Source: Moniliella sp. 'wahieum'
Taxonomy: Eukaryota
Direction: 5' to 3'
NCBI GenBank assembly: GCA_003971905.1
Contig: RSEE01000043.1
Span: 434,001-498,000, forward strand
DNA length: 64,000 bases
Positions 11,948 to 24,372 of the stretch are shown piece by piece. Position 1 is the first letter of the stretch, and each line of letters opens with the position of its first letter. The notes below the pieces were generated by a model. The model made no database searches and was not told the DNA's origin. It saw only the letters and a program-made list of their open reading frames with translations. The translations under genes were made by a program, and so were the position numbers.

Positions 11948-14873
11948 TCAGTGCTCCCAATGGGCCTGAAGGCACAATCTCTTCAACCCTTCTGGGTTCC
12001 CCCTGGATGACTCAGTGGGCTCGCTTTCGTTCTCGTTGTCAAACTTGGACTTGTACACTCTCACCACCTTCAGAACCAGAGCCGTGTGGGCATTGACCAA
12101 GTGATAGACCAGCCCGCCTCGCTGTTGGAAAGCCTTGGAACACGGGATGTTAAACAGTTCTTCCTCCGTCAATTCGCTCCCGGAAGAAGGAGTAGAGGTA
12201 CTGGATCTACTGACAGTTTGCAGCGTCGTGGCCTCTGTCGTAACATCCGTGTCTCCCGCTTGGATCCCAGGAGAGCTCATAGTGGAGATCGCAGTAGTCC
12301 CAGGGACAGAAGCTGAGTGCACCGAATTGGATGAGCTTGGGCTCGGCTCGAGAGAGTTGGGGTGTAAGTGCGGCGCCAGCTTGGTAAGGACTGAAGGATC
12401 GGTAGGTAGTTGCTCCAATTCCAAGATAGCGGTGGCAAGCGCTGTGAGACGCGGGGCGTAGCCTGTGGCAGAGCGTGTAAACGGGCAGGGAAACTTGAAC
12501 TTCTTCTCGACTTTGCGTTGCTCCACTTTGCTCGTGCCTTCTCGCGCTCCATAAATGCGAGTAGCAATTCAGGCTTCATGTATGTCCCCTTATCAGATAA
12601 GGAAAAGCCATCAGGTGACAGTGAAGGTTTCCAACACGCCGCTTTCGTTGGATGGATCTGAACCTTCCGCCTTCCTGTCGGGGGCATCTGATGCCTCAGG
12701 AACGGTGTGGGCGTGGTCTTCTACCACAGGACTGCGGTCCTCCGGGGTTAATGCCGCATGACCATGAGTTCCCCTCCCCGCAACTTGGATGTGGTATAGC
12801 AGACTTGTTAGACGTGGATAGGCTGCCATACACCCAGGAATGGAGCAGCAGAACAATCCATCCATCACAGCCGCCTTCAATCGACGTTCTCCCTCGGTGA
12901 AATTTTCGTCCCCGCTGTTGCCCGCCACACCACTAGTAGTGCGGGCCAATTCGTCCCGGTGTCGCAAAGCTGTTGAGTGCTGGCGGTAGTGTCAGCCCGC
13001 ATAAGCCGCTCCCAATTCACAGCCAGGCCTTGGATTCGCTCGGCACGACGACGTGCCTGCAAATTGGCTGCAACTTCTGGGTGGGCATGGCGATATGCTT
13101 GTCAACTCCGCGCCAGTGGAGTAGGTAGCCAACCCAGGAGAGTCAAGGTTGACCCCACCTCCGTCTCCCGTCATTCCGTAGAACGGGGCCAAAGCTCCAG
13201 ACGGCCAAGGTCGGAGAACGCGGGTTAATGTCTGGGTCTCCGTCTCTTCCGGGTTCACGATTTTCCCCCAAGTCACCTTGCAACCAGGAATCCCGCATGC
13301 GTATGGTCGCACTAAAGGATCGCTGGCCACAGCGGGCTTAGTGGAAGATACATCCCGTTGACGTTCTTTTCTCTCCCTGCGAGCGGGTGGAACCCGGGCT
13401 TTCCACTGCACTGCCCCCTTTTGCCCATTCGTGCGCCGAATTTTCTGCGGTGGCTTACGCCCTGGTGTAACCTTTGAGCGTTTGCCCGCCACGATTGTTG
13501 TGCTGGCCAGACCCTCCTCGTCTGGGGAATCATCATCTTGGTTAAACTCCTGGCCCGCAGTCGCTCTCGAGGAGGAAAGGTGGATTTGGATGCGAAAGTG
13601 TCGGTCATTCCAAGTACCGAAGAAGAAGGAAGAGGGCCCACCAAAGGAATATTAGGCTCCCTTCTTCTGGATTCCTTGGGGAAGGGGGAACCCCCCAATT
13701 GCCTCTTGGGAGTTATCTGGGTCTTCCGGACCGACAGGCGGGACAGGGTTAGAGGGAACAACTGCTAACCCACCCCAAGGGAAATTGGCCGAATTGCCAG
13801 TCTGGCTGTACCGTCAGGGGGGTTTGGTGGACGTGGGCCAAAGGGGGATTCTTTCAACTCCCGACCAGCAGGTTGACCGTATTCCAAGGTAGAACGAGGA
13901 AACTGAGTGGGCCCAGCCTGGCTATCCCCCAGAACAGGAACAGGGAAAGGGGGCGCCATGATGTTCACAGGATTGGACACTGAATGCGCCCGTGTCCACA
14001 GGGGTAAGCCAATAGACGAGTATTGCCGGGCGGAGGCACTGACAGGGGTGGTAAACAAGTCGGTAGACAGAGGCAGGCTGGCAGCTTGCGGGACTTGATG
14101 AGGCGCATTGGATAGTGTGCGTTGGGTCCAACTCCTCCCTCATCCGGTAGTCCGACACAGACGGAGTGAGGTGACGGTATTGCTCTGGCGAAGATATGCC
14201 ATGGGGAACAGTGGGTTGGCGTACCACTCGGTCTCGAGGCGCGCTTTGTGGCGTGGACCCGTCGTAAACAGGGAACGGGACGGGTGCTGCTGTGGGGGGG
14301 ATTGGCCAGGTGCGTGTTTCCTCAGACGGCAAAGAAGGACCAGCTTGGATAACGTTGCTCACATTTGGGAGACCAGGGGGAGTGGCCAGTTAAGCGAGAG
14401 ACCCGAGAGCCCTCTGTCTCGCTTCGGATGACCAAAGAAGGATTAATGAGTTGTACACATTCCCGTTTTGGGTATGTTGGTACACATTACCAGCCTGGAA
14501 ATGTTGCAAAGTACCCGGCTCAAAGACCCTTGCCGTACCGTCCTGCGCACCATTCCGCGTGGGAGGAGACCCTCGGTCCATGGTCCTTCGGGCACAGGAT
14601 TGAGGGGGCGATCGGAGGGGTATACTGAAGAGCTGGCCTGGGAACGGCCCCTGGATTCAGATCGGTTTGCTGGCGAAAAGGTTGGGTTGGGCTTGTTGAT
14701 GCCCCTCAGAAAGGGGGTTGGGCCCATTTGAACCTAGGCCATAGGCATTTAACATACTCCGCGAGGTAGCTGACTCCGTTCTTGCTTCAGAAAATTGCGA
14801 TCGGTATGGCAACGAAGAGGGAGGAAGTACTGCATTCAACTCGAGTTGTTGGGTGGCACGCCATTGGACCCAT
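11948..14873 (-). CDS. Putative transcription factor with three atypical C2H2-type zinc fingers and a long Pro/Ser-rich N-terminus
   Basis: Joined minus-strand ORFs contain RPYACGIPGC, FCCSIPGCMAAYPRLTSLLYHI and FPCPF...PCSKAFQQRGGLVYHLVNAH, plus a basic NLS-like segment (KRSKVTPGRKPPQKIRR). Start codon uncertain (14864 or 14873). Confidence 0.6.
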
Positions 14874-17035
14874 TGGATCCAGGTGGTCTTACCCCCCTGT
14901 GACGACTAAATGGTTAGTTTCGAGTTCTTCACAGTGGTTAAAAAAGAGAGGCATACCCAGTAGACGATGTAGACAGTTTGGACAACTTGACGGGTAGGAG
15001 CAAAGAGGAGTGTTGGGTGCGGTTAATCGACCTGTCAAGGTCAAATTCGATGTCGTGAGTGCGAATGAGTGGAGGAGGTGAAGGGCAAGAAGAGCGAGCA
15101 GAACAGATCCGCGGTGTTGGTTTTGAAGAAATACTCAGTGCGAAGAGAGTGCGCTCATACCCAGCGAAAAGGCCGCACTTTTGAACATCAGATACACAAA
15201 AGCGAACTACTTTCTTTTCCATAGTTGCGTCTGGAGAGAGACGCTTCTGCACAGGTGCATTAAACAGCATCAAATAACATGGGGTTCGGTGAAGACTTTA
15301 ACGATTAACGCTGGCTGTTGACATGGCTTGAGCTATACAGCCACAGCAGAGGGGCGAGCCATGTGTGGCCTCTTATTGTTCAAAAATTGTGGCCACACTT
15401 ACTCATATACCTTGTGAAGGAATCGGGCGTAACGTGTTTGATCACATACGGGAAAGAGGCAGGGTTTCGCCATACGGTCGAGCAGGAAAGGATGGCATGG
15501 TGCTAAAGTAGCTTCACTTCCCCCGCGAAGCACGAACGAGGTAACCAATGTGAAAGGGCGGGGTATCAAGTACTGAAAGGCTGGAAACTATTAGCCAGGA
15601 ACGAAGACACGTTGAGGCCGGTGATCCCATATCACCGCAAAATTAGGCTAACGCGTAACGACCATCAATGCATCAACGTTCAACCATGGGATCGCGCGGG
15701 GCTTTGGCCATGTCTCCATATACTAGGGTCATGTTACGTGTTTCCGGGTCGGAAGGGGGGAGAGAAAGGGTTCTCTTTGCCTTGTTCGTTTCACGAGAGT
15801 GCATCTGCTACATCAGCATTAACCCCTGTTTGTTCCTTTTGATAGTGGTGACGAGGTTGATGTCCACACGCTCACCTGGCGGCTGTTGTAGTGGAACGGC
15901 GAATGAAATGATGCCAGCGTTTTGCTGCTGAAGAAAGATCTCTTCATTGATGCACTTGAGCTCTCTCTTATTACACGTGTGTCCGAGACTTTCTCTTCAT
16001 CACAGTAAAACAAAGCCCACACAAATTGGTATACCAGAGGGCAGGTGTGTTACGGATGTTGTGCTCGCCATTTATTGTTGGAAGAGAGAGTGATGTGGTT
16101 GGGGGTCAAAGGTCATAGAATGTCTCAGAGAACCTGACACATGTTGGTGCCACGGTAGCTGTGGTCGCACACTTCGTTTCCACAAATCGTGGAATCATAG
16201 AGTAGAACCCGCTGAAGAGTGCGGATCCGAAAGTGCGCCGGTCTAATACAGAAGACGTATGTGGGCATGTGTGTATATTACGCTCTTTTGACCAAACTCT
16301 CTCTATTGCGTGTATTAATATGCAAGCTAAGGCAGTCTTCATATAGTCAGTAGTCAACAATAGCGCAACACCTAGGATGTGTTTGCATTATGACAAACGA
16401 CAGCCAGAAGACTACGTGGCTCCGTTTTTGCCCGTTGAATGAGGCTTGAAAAGCTTGAAGCTTGAAGGGAGTAGAATAATACGCAGCGCCGTACGTGAAA
16501 TGCACGACGCATGAACGTTTGATGATCGATGAACGTGATGAATTGAGCACCACGCTTGAAGCTTTTGCTGGAGCATTTTGGCGATGCAATGCATGCAAGA
16601 AGTACACATCTATCCTCCTTACCCCGCCCCCTTTATTTGCACCTTGAATTCCTATAATGGATGGATACCGTGTGTCAAGGAAGCAAGTCATTAAGATCTC
16701 ACAAGTCCAAGTATTGAGCGCATAAGCGCCAAGCGTCAACGATTTTGAAATTCATCGAGCGGGGAAGAGGGGTGCGCTGTGGCGTGCCCTCTGGATTTGT
16801 TTTCCTCCTTCCACACCCTTTAGAATAGGGTATCATATACCCTGCGCTGTCCCAGCGTACGAAACCAAATGTCGTTTGTAACCGTGCGGGGAGCATTGGT
16901 TGTGATGCGATGGAAGTCCATTTCATACCGATGCCAGAAATAGTACAGAGCCTGTACAGCCCCACACGGTGTTAGGCGTTGTTGCACCAATACTCTCACT
17001 TACTCAATAAGCGTCCTATAAACTTTAATCCAGAC

Positions 17036-17083
17036 AAGCTTCAAGCTTCAAAGGTTCATGCTTCAAGCTTCAAGCTTCAAGCA
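17036..17083. repeat. Largest cluster of the intergenic (TTCAAGC)n heptamer family
   Basis: aagcttcaagcttcaaaggttcatgcttcaagcttcaagcttcaagc read directly. Confidence 0.85.
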
Positions 17084-20000
17084 GCAGCGCACCTTCAATG
17101 CCTTCAACAGGTCCTACATCACACACATTTCACACACGTGCTTTCCTTCGGGCCCCCAGGATTTCTCGCTTCTCTCTGTAACCAATGCGACTATACTTGG
17201 ATGTTTGACAGATGCGCGGCGTTTGAAGAAGACATGGCCTCGCCGCCTACTGGATAGTCTTTTCGCCCCGGCCGTAACGCGTATACTATGGTCTATAAGG
17301 GCTGTGAGTTGCCACACACGTGCTGTCCTTATACGCCCTATACGCGGCTGCAACTGTTGATACTTTTGGAGAGCGTGTGATATATATCGTGAGATAGAGC
17401 CAACAACACCATGATTATAATGTGCAGAGAAGCTATATGTCCCTGCTTTCCATCCTCTACAGCACGAGGCATTCACATATGCTCTCACTTGAGGCCGGCC
17501 TGAGGACTCAGGTTGAGTGTATAGCCGATGTATCTGCTGGTTAATATGAGAGGCTGTGTGTGGTTTCCGGCGCCTAAGCCATCCTGTTGATTTGAGGGTG
17601 AGATATGCGGCAGAAAGCACTACAGTACTTTCATATAGCCCGGCAAAACACACATAGGGGTCGCGGTAATCCGGCGCTTGGAACGTTGCAGCGGACCTTG
17701 TCTCTTCAGCTTATTAGCTTTGTAAGTTCTCATATTGTGTGCTATTAATTACTGCTGAATCTCTTCCTCCTCGTCCGTCTTCCTGCTTCTGTTGGGATCA
17801 AATCTCAGGCACCAGCATACGGCAATCTTCTGCATGAGTGATCGCCCAACCCCACGTCTTGCGTCCCGTGCACACACGATGATCACGCGTGTATAACAGC
17901 CCGCTCTGTATTGTTGTTTTGTGGGGCATCTCCCTCTCTCGGGTGACCATACATACAGTTCAGCGGAACCTTTAATGCAAGTCATTCGCACAGCAATCGT
18001 CTCAACATATATGGCATCGAGATGAGAGCGCAAAACGATTATAAAGCAGCAGAGAGCTGCCGCTGGCGGCTCTCTTCATGCACCCTGCATCATGGTTTAA
18101 CTTGGACATGAACACACAACCATCCGCACTGCTTTTGCTTCCCTGAACACATATAGTACGAGGAAGAGAGGAGAGGAGAGTGTCCTGTGGGTCGGAGCAT
18201 TACATGATTCACACCAACATCCATGGCCCGTTCTTGCCGTGGCCTAGCTACTCTCCTAATTTTAGCACTTGCAGTGTTCAGATACAGTGAGGTGTTTGTC
18301 ATGATGCATGATCGTTGCACGTCGGACGCTGTCGGGACGTGTAGGTGGGGGGGCACAGGCGTTTTGTTGTGGTCACAGGCCGGTCACGCGCGGGTTAGTA
18401 CTCGTACTCTTCTCAGTGGTGATCCGGGCGTGTGTTGGCCACGCAGGCGTTCGATCATATTATGATCGATGATCTTGATGATTGATCCCGATGCATCTCA
18501 CTGCTGCTGCCATGCAGGTGCGGCATTTGAGCTTATTGGGTCTCTCGCCCTATATGGCCGATGTGTGGGCTATACGTCCCGGAAGGAAGGGACCTATAGT
18601 GAGAGTGGTCACTATATTCAATGGGAACACCTGGGTGCATGGGAACCCCTGAACAGCGTTATGCATTATGCGCCATGTCTGTCTCTCCGAGAGGGGTCGC
18701 AAAACATGTAACTAGTAACTATAAGTAACTTCCGATTCCCACGGAGAATGGAAAGGGTTTCAGATCCAAAGTCCGTCGTTCACGTACACGTTCAACCTTC
18801 AACGTTCAACGTTCACTCTGGTGGTTGGAATATCGGGGGCCGCGAGAGTAGGCGTTCCACATCAGTTGGAGTCTCAATGGAGATGGTTCAACGTTCAACG
18901 TTCACAGCTCCAGGATGTCTATTACCACATTCATTCGGACCCATACACGCTACCTATCGGGTATGGAAAGGGATGGCGGGCGCCAGAGGGTCCCGATCCG
19001 CTGACGTTCCTCTGCTTTCCTAATGTGGTGGTTTGGAACCAGCAAACAATACACGTCCGGTATGATAGCAAGTCGTTTAGGCACAGCGCTTCTTCTTGTC
19101 CCAGCCTTAAGCTCTGTCAATGATATGGTTAGAGTGTTATAACAAGACTAAAATGTGTATAAAAGTGAGAGAAGAGAGAAGAACAAAGCGCGATGAGCGA
19201 CTGTCTGTTCGGTTTACTCTCCTTGACGATGGTACGAGATAAAATCCATATGTCACAGGCCGCATCAGAACCATTCTGATCCGATCTCAGCTGATGAGGC
19301 CGCTGAAAGGCCCGTTTTGCTCTTATACCCAGCAACTAGTATAGAGCTCGCTCCCAAATCCAACCCAGTCCGATCGTGCCTAGCCAAAAACCATGAGCAC
19401 GATCACCACAGTCCTACGTATCCGTGCGACAATATAGTCTTTCGCCTCTTGCCCAAAGGAATCCCGCGTGTGTGGTTATCAGCAAATTGTCGGCATCCTT
19501 GTTAGAGGGCAGTGCTAGGGTTCTCCTGCACGGCGATTAATGGATCGGTGGCGCTCCCAGGCGGGCACGCCCTGCTCGCTCCATCTCCCTTCTCTCTCTC
19601 CTTTCTCCTTCCCTTCAGACGTTGCTTGAAAACTTGTGGCTCACCACTTCGCCTTCACGTCTTGTCTGAAGGCTGCTTTGCAGCTGATTCATAGGATCGC
19701 GAGCGCTCCCAAGTCGCACTCTAGCAATCCTTGCCACATTCATCGCCTTGTGCTCGTTTACCATACGCTTCTCGTTGCGCCACAGTGGCAACCCTCCCCT
19801 TGCTTCCTTGTTCTCCTTCCTATTACCTCTATTGCGTTTGCTTCCTGCTTTTTAGATCTAGCCTGTACCCCTGGTCGGAGGAGATTCTTTCTGCGCCCCG
19901 CCATCTTAGTCCCTCCAGGCCTATCCTGTTCACAACCTGCCCGTTTCCAACCAATTGATTCAGTACAGGCTCTTAAAGTTGCTCCTCCGCTCCTCGACCC

Positions 20001-20909
20001 CGTTCTCCAGCTCCCGTATCTCGCTCATAGCTAATCGAAATTGCCGGTAACAAGGTTCCGGATAGATATGTGAGGACTGCGTACAAAATTCAAGGTGGGC
20101 AAGGCCCACAAGATTGTGCACCAGAAATTTCGATTAGCCATGCTCGCATAACTTTTCGCCTAATTAAGTCGCGTGTGCCTTCCTCTCGTGACACGTCGAA
20201 ACCAAGTCCAGTCCCGTCGCCCGGGTCCCCCTTCCAGCCACACCGCCTTCAGTCCCAGTCCAGCTCTCCCCACTGGAGTGCTTGTCCTCTTCCACTGCCA
20301 CTTCCCCCGTCCCTGAGCTCCGAAGGCTCCAGACAGGTTACTACCGCCCATCAAGCCGGCGCATACTTATGCTGTCTTATACCGCACTTGCAGCCGCCTC
20401 TGCTTAGTATACGCCAATGGGCCACTCCTTCTCCCTAGCTCGGCTCGGACATGGCACCAATCACCCAGCACCGAAATACCATGAGTCGACCTTCCGTTCT
20501 CTAAGGGATTGTACCTCAAATGCCTGTGGGGGAGCCCACTGGCGGGCCCGCCCGTGACACCACACACTCACACAACTAACTCTGTATACTCAGCGCTGTT
20601 ATGATGGGGCCTCTATGCCACTGATATCATATTATTGTCGAGGATGAGCTTCGGTGGCCCGATCAGAGCACTGCATAGAGAAGCTCCAATACATATAATC
20701 GCCAAAGTATTACTGTTGTGCAACATGGTCACTCCGACATTGAAGGTGATGGGACAAAAGACACAATGATGGGGAGGATGGATGCTATGCCATTCTAACC
20801 GTAACCATGTGTAAGGGTACCACCCCCCGCCCGGGCGGATATCAAAATGAGAGAGAAGATGGAAGACAGGAAGGCGGGCGGGGGGTGATCAGGAGAGCAA
20901 TTGTGTGCG

Positions 20910-23460
20910 TCAGACATGCAGACTCACCGAATCGAACGTGGCAAAAGGGTCATCCGGCCTGGGTCGGTGATCTGGTACCGAAGGTCGATCCTTTAGCAGC
21001 TCCAGGGCAGGTTCTTCCGTAACTGTAGGGTGCAGGGGAGGGTCGAGATGCGAGAGGGAGGCCCACTCTGTTCCGGCAAACCAGGGGTGAGCTTGTACCT
21101 CCTCCACCCCCTTGCCCCTAGACGACAGTTCTCCTCCTTGGCGAGGAGATGTTGGACAAATTGCCTCCCAGTCCGTCCGAGGGCGAGTGGAGGCGGGAAG
21201 TCCACATCAGAAGTCTGGATCAAATCAAACGTTTCATCTTGGTTGTCACCCAGGAAGGGGCTAAAGGCATAGACCATCTCGTAAACCAGGATGCCTAGGG
21301 CCCACCAGTCCACAAGGTGGGTATGTCCTTGCCCTCGGATCACTTCCGGGGCAAGGTAGACCTCCGTTCCGACAAGCGAATTCGTGCGGAAGCCCGTTAG
21401 GTCGCCTGAAGGAGCACGGATGGACAGATCAAAGTCCGAGAGGAGCAGGTGCCCTTGACGCGTGAGAAGTAAGTTTTCAGGCTTGAGATCCCGGTAGACA
21501 ATGCCCTTGGAGTGGAGGTACCCGAGGGCGAGGACCACTTCAGCCGCATAGAAACGTGCATCCTTCTCGGCAAGTGTGGGGGGCTCGTACCCTCTCAAAG
21601 CAGAGAACAACTCACCGCCCTCAGCGAAATCGAGACACAGGAAGAGAAAATCCGGAGACTGGAAAGTGTGGTGCAGCTGGACGATGAATGGGTGGTGAGC
21701 TTGGAGGAGGACATGCTGCTCGGTGGGGCCCGTCGGACTTTGTGCCGCCGGCGGAGATCTTTCTTATTGAGCACTTCATGGAGTCAGAACCTGCTTAGGA
21801 ACGACAGGAGGAATCAAGCACTTACCTTTCATGGCATACAGCGAGCCCGAGTACTTGTCGCGTACAAGGTATACCCGCCCCACATCCCCCTGTCCTAGTA
21901 TTCGGATGCGGTGAAAGTGGGTCGGGGCAACCTCGATGCGATGAGGGCTGATGACATTATGTGTTGGGGACAAGGCTCGGCCAATGTTGTGGAGAGAAGA
22001 GCCGTTTTGTCCCGATCGCAGGAAGAACCGAGGTCGTAGTGCTCCCCTCGTGTCCGAACGACACTATCGTTCTGCCCGCACCGTTGGATAAGGCTGGGGA
22101 GGAACTATCCCCTCTACGCTCATGGGGGCGAGTTGAGAAGAAACACTGGACCTTCGTACTTTCTCTTCTTTCCCATCCACGGGGGAGGGAGGAAAAGGCA
22201 GATCCACCGGCCGGCCGAGGCGCCGCGATCGGTCCTCATTTGTGTGGGAGGAAGAAGCACTAACTCGCCGCACTCGGGGCTCCGGGGTGTAGTTTTGCCG
22301 AACACATGAGCATGGGCGGCACCCGAAGAGAGGGAGGCAGGAGGATTCCTGCGGCCATCTCGGGGATGTCGGCGATCGTCGCGATCCTTTTCAATTTCGA
22401 TATGAGGCCAGGATAGGTCGCTTCCTCTCCGCCCATCACTCAAGCGATGCATCTCACGAATGCTGCGAGTTTTGGACTCATTGCTAGAACGGGGAGGATC
22501 CCCTCCTCGAGAGAAAGGAAGGCTTCTCCCTCTGATCATGTTGGCTTTTTCTCACTCGAGCCAGGGAATGTCCCCCTCAAAGAAGAATCCGCCGATACGT
22601 CCGCCTTGTATGCGCATTCACCTTCCCCTTGCGTCCGGATACGCTCCCCGTGGCACAGTGGCCCGGCCCGAAATCGGGGCGAACGGACGTTCGAGTACAG
22701 ATTCAGGGGGGATGCGCTTATCAACCACTGGTTCAGGCCATGACGGAGCGCACTGCCCCCCTTCATCCTTCTCCTGACCATCGAAAAGGAAGAATGCTTC
22801 GCCCAGTGTGTCGTGTTGGAGAGAGATGTATCCAAGTTCCTTGCTCCATGGGCAAGAGCAGGTTCCAAGCTGTGTCCTGTTTCCGAGATAGCTCTGCGCG
22901 TGCGCAGCCTCCCCTCCTGCTCAGAGGAAACCGGTATGCGATGCGGAGGCAGTGTGGCCAACAATGCCCGTCGAACCAGTCGAACCAGTCGAACCAGCCG
23001 AACCAGCTAGGTAGGAAGGAAAGGGCACCCCTGACCGATGAGTATTAGTCAGGGTGCTGATAGGGATTGCAGGCTGAAGCTCCTTCCCACCAGGGTCATC
23101 CTCATCCATGTTGCTGGCAGGCCAGAGGGGGGGCAGATCGCCTGTGATGTGTTTGGGCGGGCAACGAGGCGGGCAAGAAGGGGCAGTAGAAGCAGTGAAA
23201 GCAGGAGAGACGGATCCGGTCGAGGTAGAGTGGTTCACAGTGAGAGGGGACTCTGCGGCTCGCTCGGGGGACACGTTTGGGACGGAGCGGAAAGGGGCGG
23301 GGGTGCTGCTGGAGACGGAGCCGCGGGATGGGATGGATTGCACGGGGGGGGGGGGGGGGCGGGAGAGGGATGCAGAGGAGGACTTGCGCGACCGGCCGAG
23401 TGTAGTGCCTAACGAGAAGATCGACTTCCACCGCGGGCGCTCCTTGGGGTGGGACTTCAT
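20910..23460 (-). CDS. AGC Ser/Thr kinase of the Fpk1/Kin82/Nrc-2 (phototropin-related) family
   Basis: LGQGDVGRVYLV, YAMK-VL (intron 21774-21825), YRDLKPEN, family-diagnostic DFD instead of DFG (LSDFDLS), FRTNSLVGTEVYLAPE, VDWWALGIL, C-tail DPFATFDSVSL. Long disordered N-terminus. Confidence 0.88.
22971..23006. repeat. (TCGAACCAG)x4 tandem 9-mer inside the kinase N-terminal region
   Basis: Read directly from sequence. Confidence 0.85.
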
Positions 23461-24372
23461 GGCGGTGGGAAGGGAGGGGGGAGGGAGGAGAGGAGGGGCA
23501 GAGAGCGGGGCCGGGCACTGGCAGGGGGCAGGTGGCCGACCCCGCCAGAGGCAGGTGGAGGGCGAGCGGAGAGGGGAGAGGGGCGTGGCGTGGAGCGGGG
23601 GGAGGATGCTGGAGGTCAGGCAGTGGCGATGGAGGCGATGGGTGTCGTCCCGGGCGAGGCGGAGATGGATGGGCTCAATGGAGCCGAGGACTGGCCTCCA
23701 TGCGCCCTCGAGGGCGGGAGCGTGTCTAGGTGGAGCCGGGTGGGGCAGCAAGGCACTACAGCGCGGAGGTGCGGTGTGATGGTCACGTGTGCATGTGATG
23801 TGCATCCCACCCTGGCCGCCTGGAGCCGCGCGTGCGCCTGCGTGGGCGCGTGAGCACATACGAGTGCCAGCTGCTGCGTGTGACTCGTCACGTGGCGAGT
23901 CACTAGCCCGCAGTCACTCGCTACTACTGCGCTGCAGCGGCTGTTCATGCATTACAGATCGCGCCGGCCGCCTCTGCGTGCTGAGAGCTGAGAGCGCCGA
24001 GGCCGGACGCTCCCTGCGTCCCCCGCCTGCATGCGCATGCGCGCACATCCGCATCACGTGCCCCCCGCATCGCCTTCGACGGGCGAGCCCTTTGAAATTG
24101 CAGGCGGCGGAAGAAAAAAAAAAACAGGAGACGGCCAGCGGCGGCCTGCCCCCCCGCCCCGCCGCATGGCGCCAGTGTGGCCGTGCGCTAGGCTTACGTG
24201 AGCCCGAGGGCATGCTTCAACCCCCGGCGGCGGCGCCGCACGCAGCGGAAGGCAGCGGCAACGGCGCCTGCCTGGCACGAAGGCACGCCCGCAAGCTTCC
24301 CGCCTTCTTCTCTCCCCCCCCCACCCGCCCCCTGCCCCCCTGCCTGCGCCCACGCCGCCCCCTGCCGCCCCC

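Noticed and set aside
16440..17083. MITE bounded by inverted GCTTGAAGCTTGAA / TTCAAGCTTCAAGC ends
   Set aside because: The match is limited to the heptamer that occurs throughout the window in both orientations. No extended TIR or target-site duplication is visible.
20345..20440. Forkhead-like start (KPAHTYAVL)
   Set aside because: No downstream W.NSIRHNLS core in any frame.
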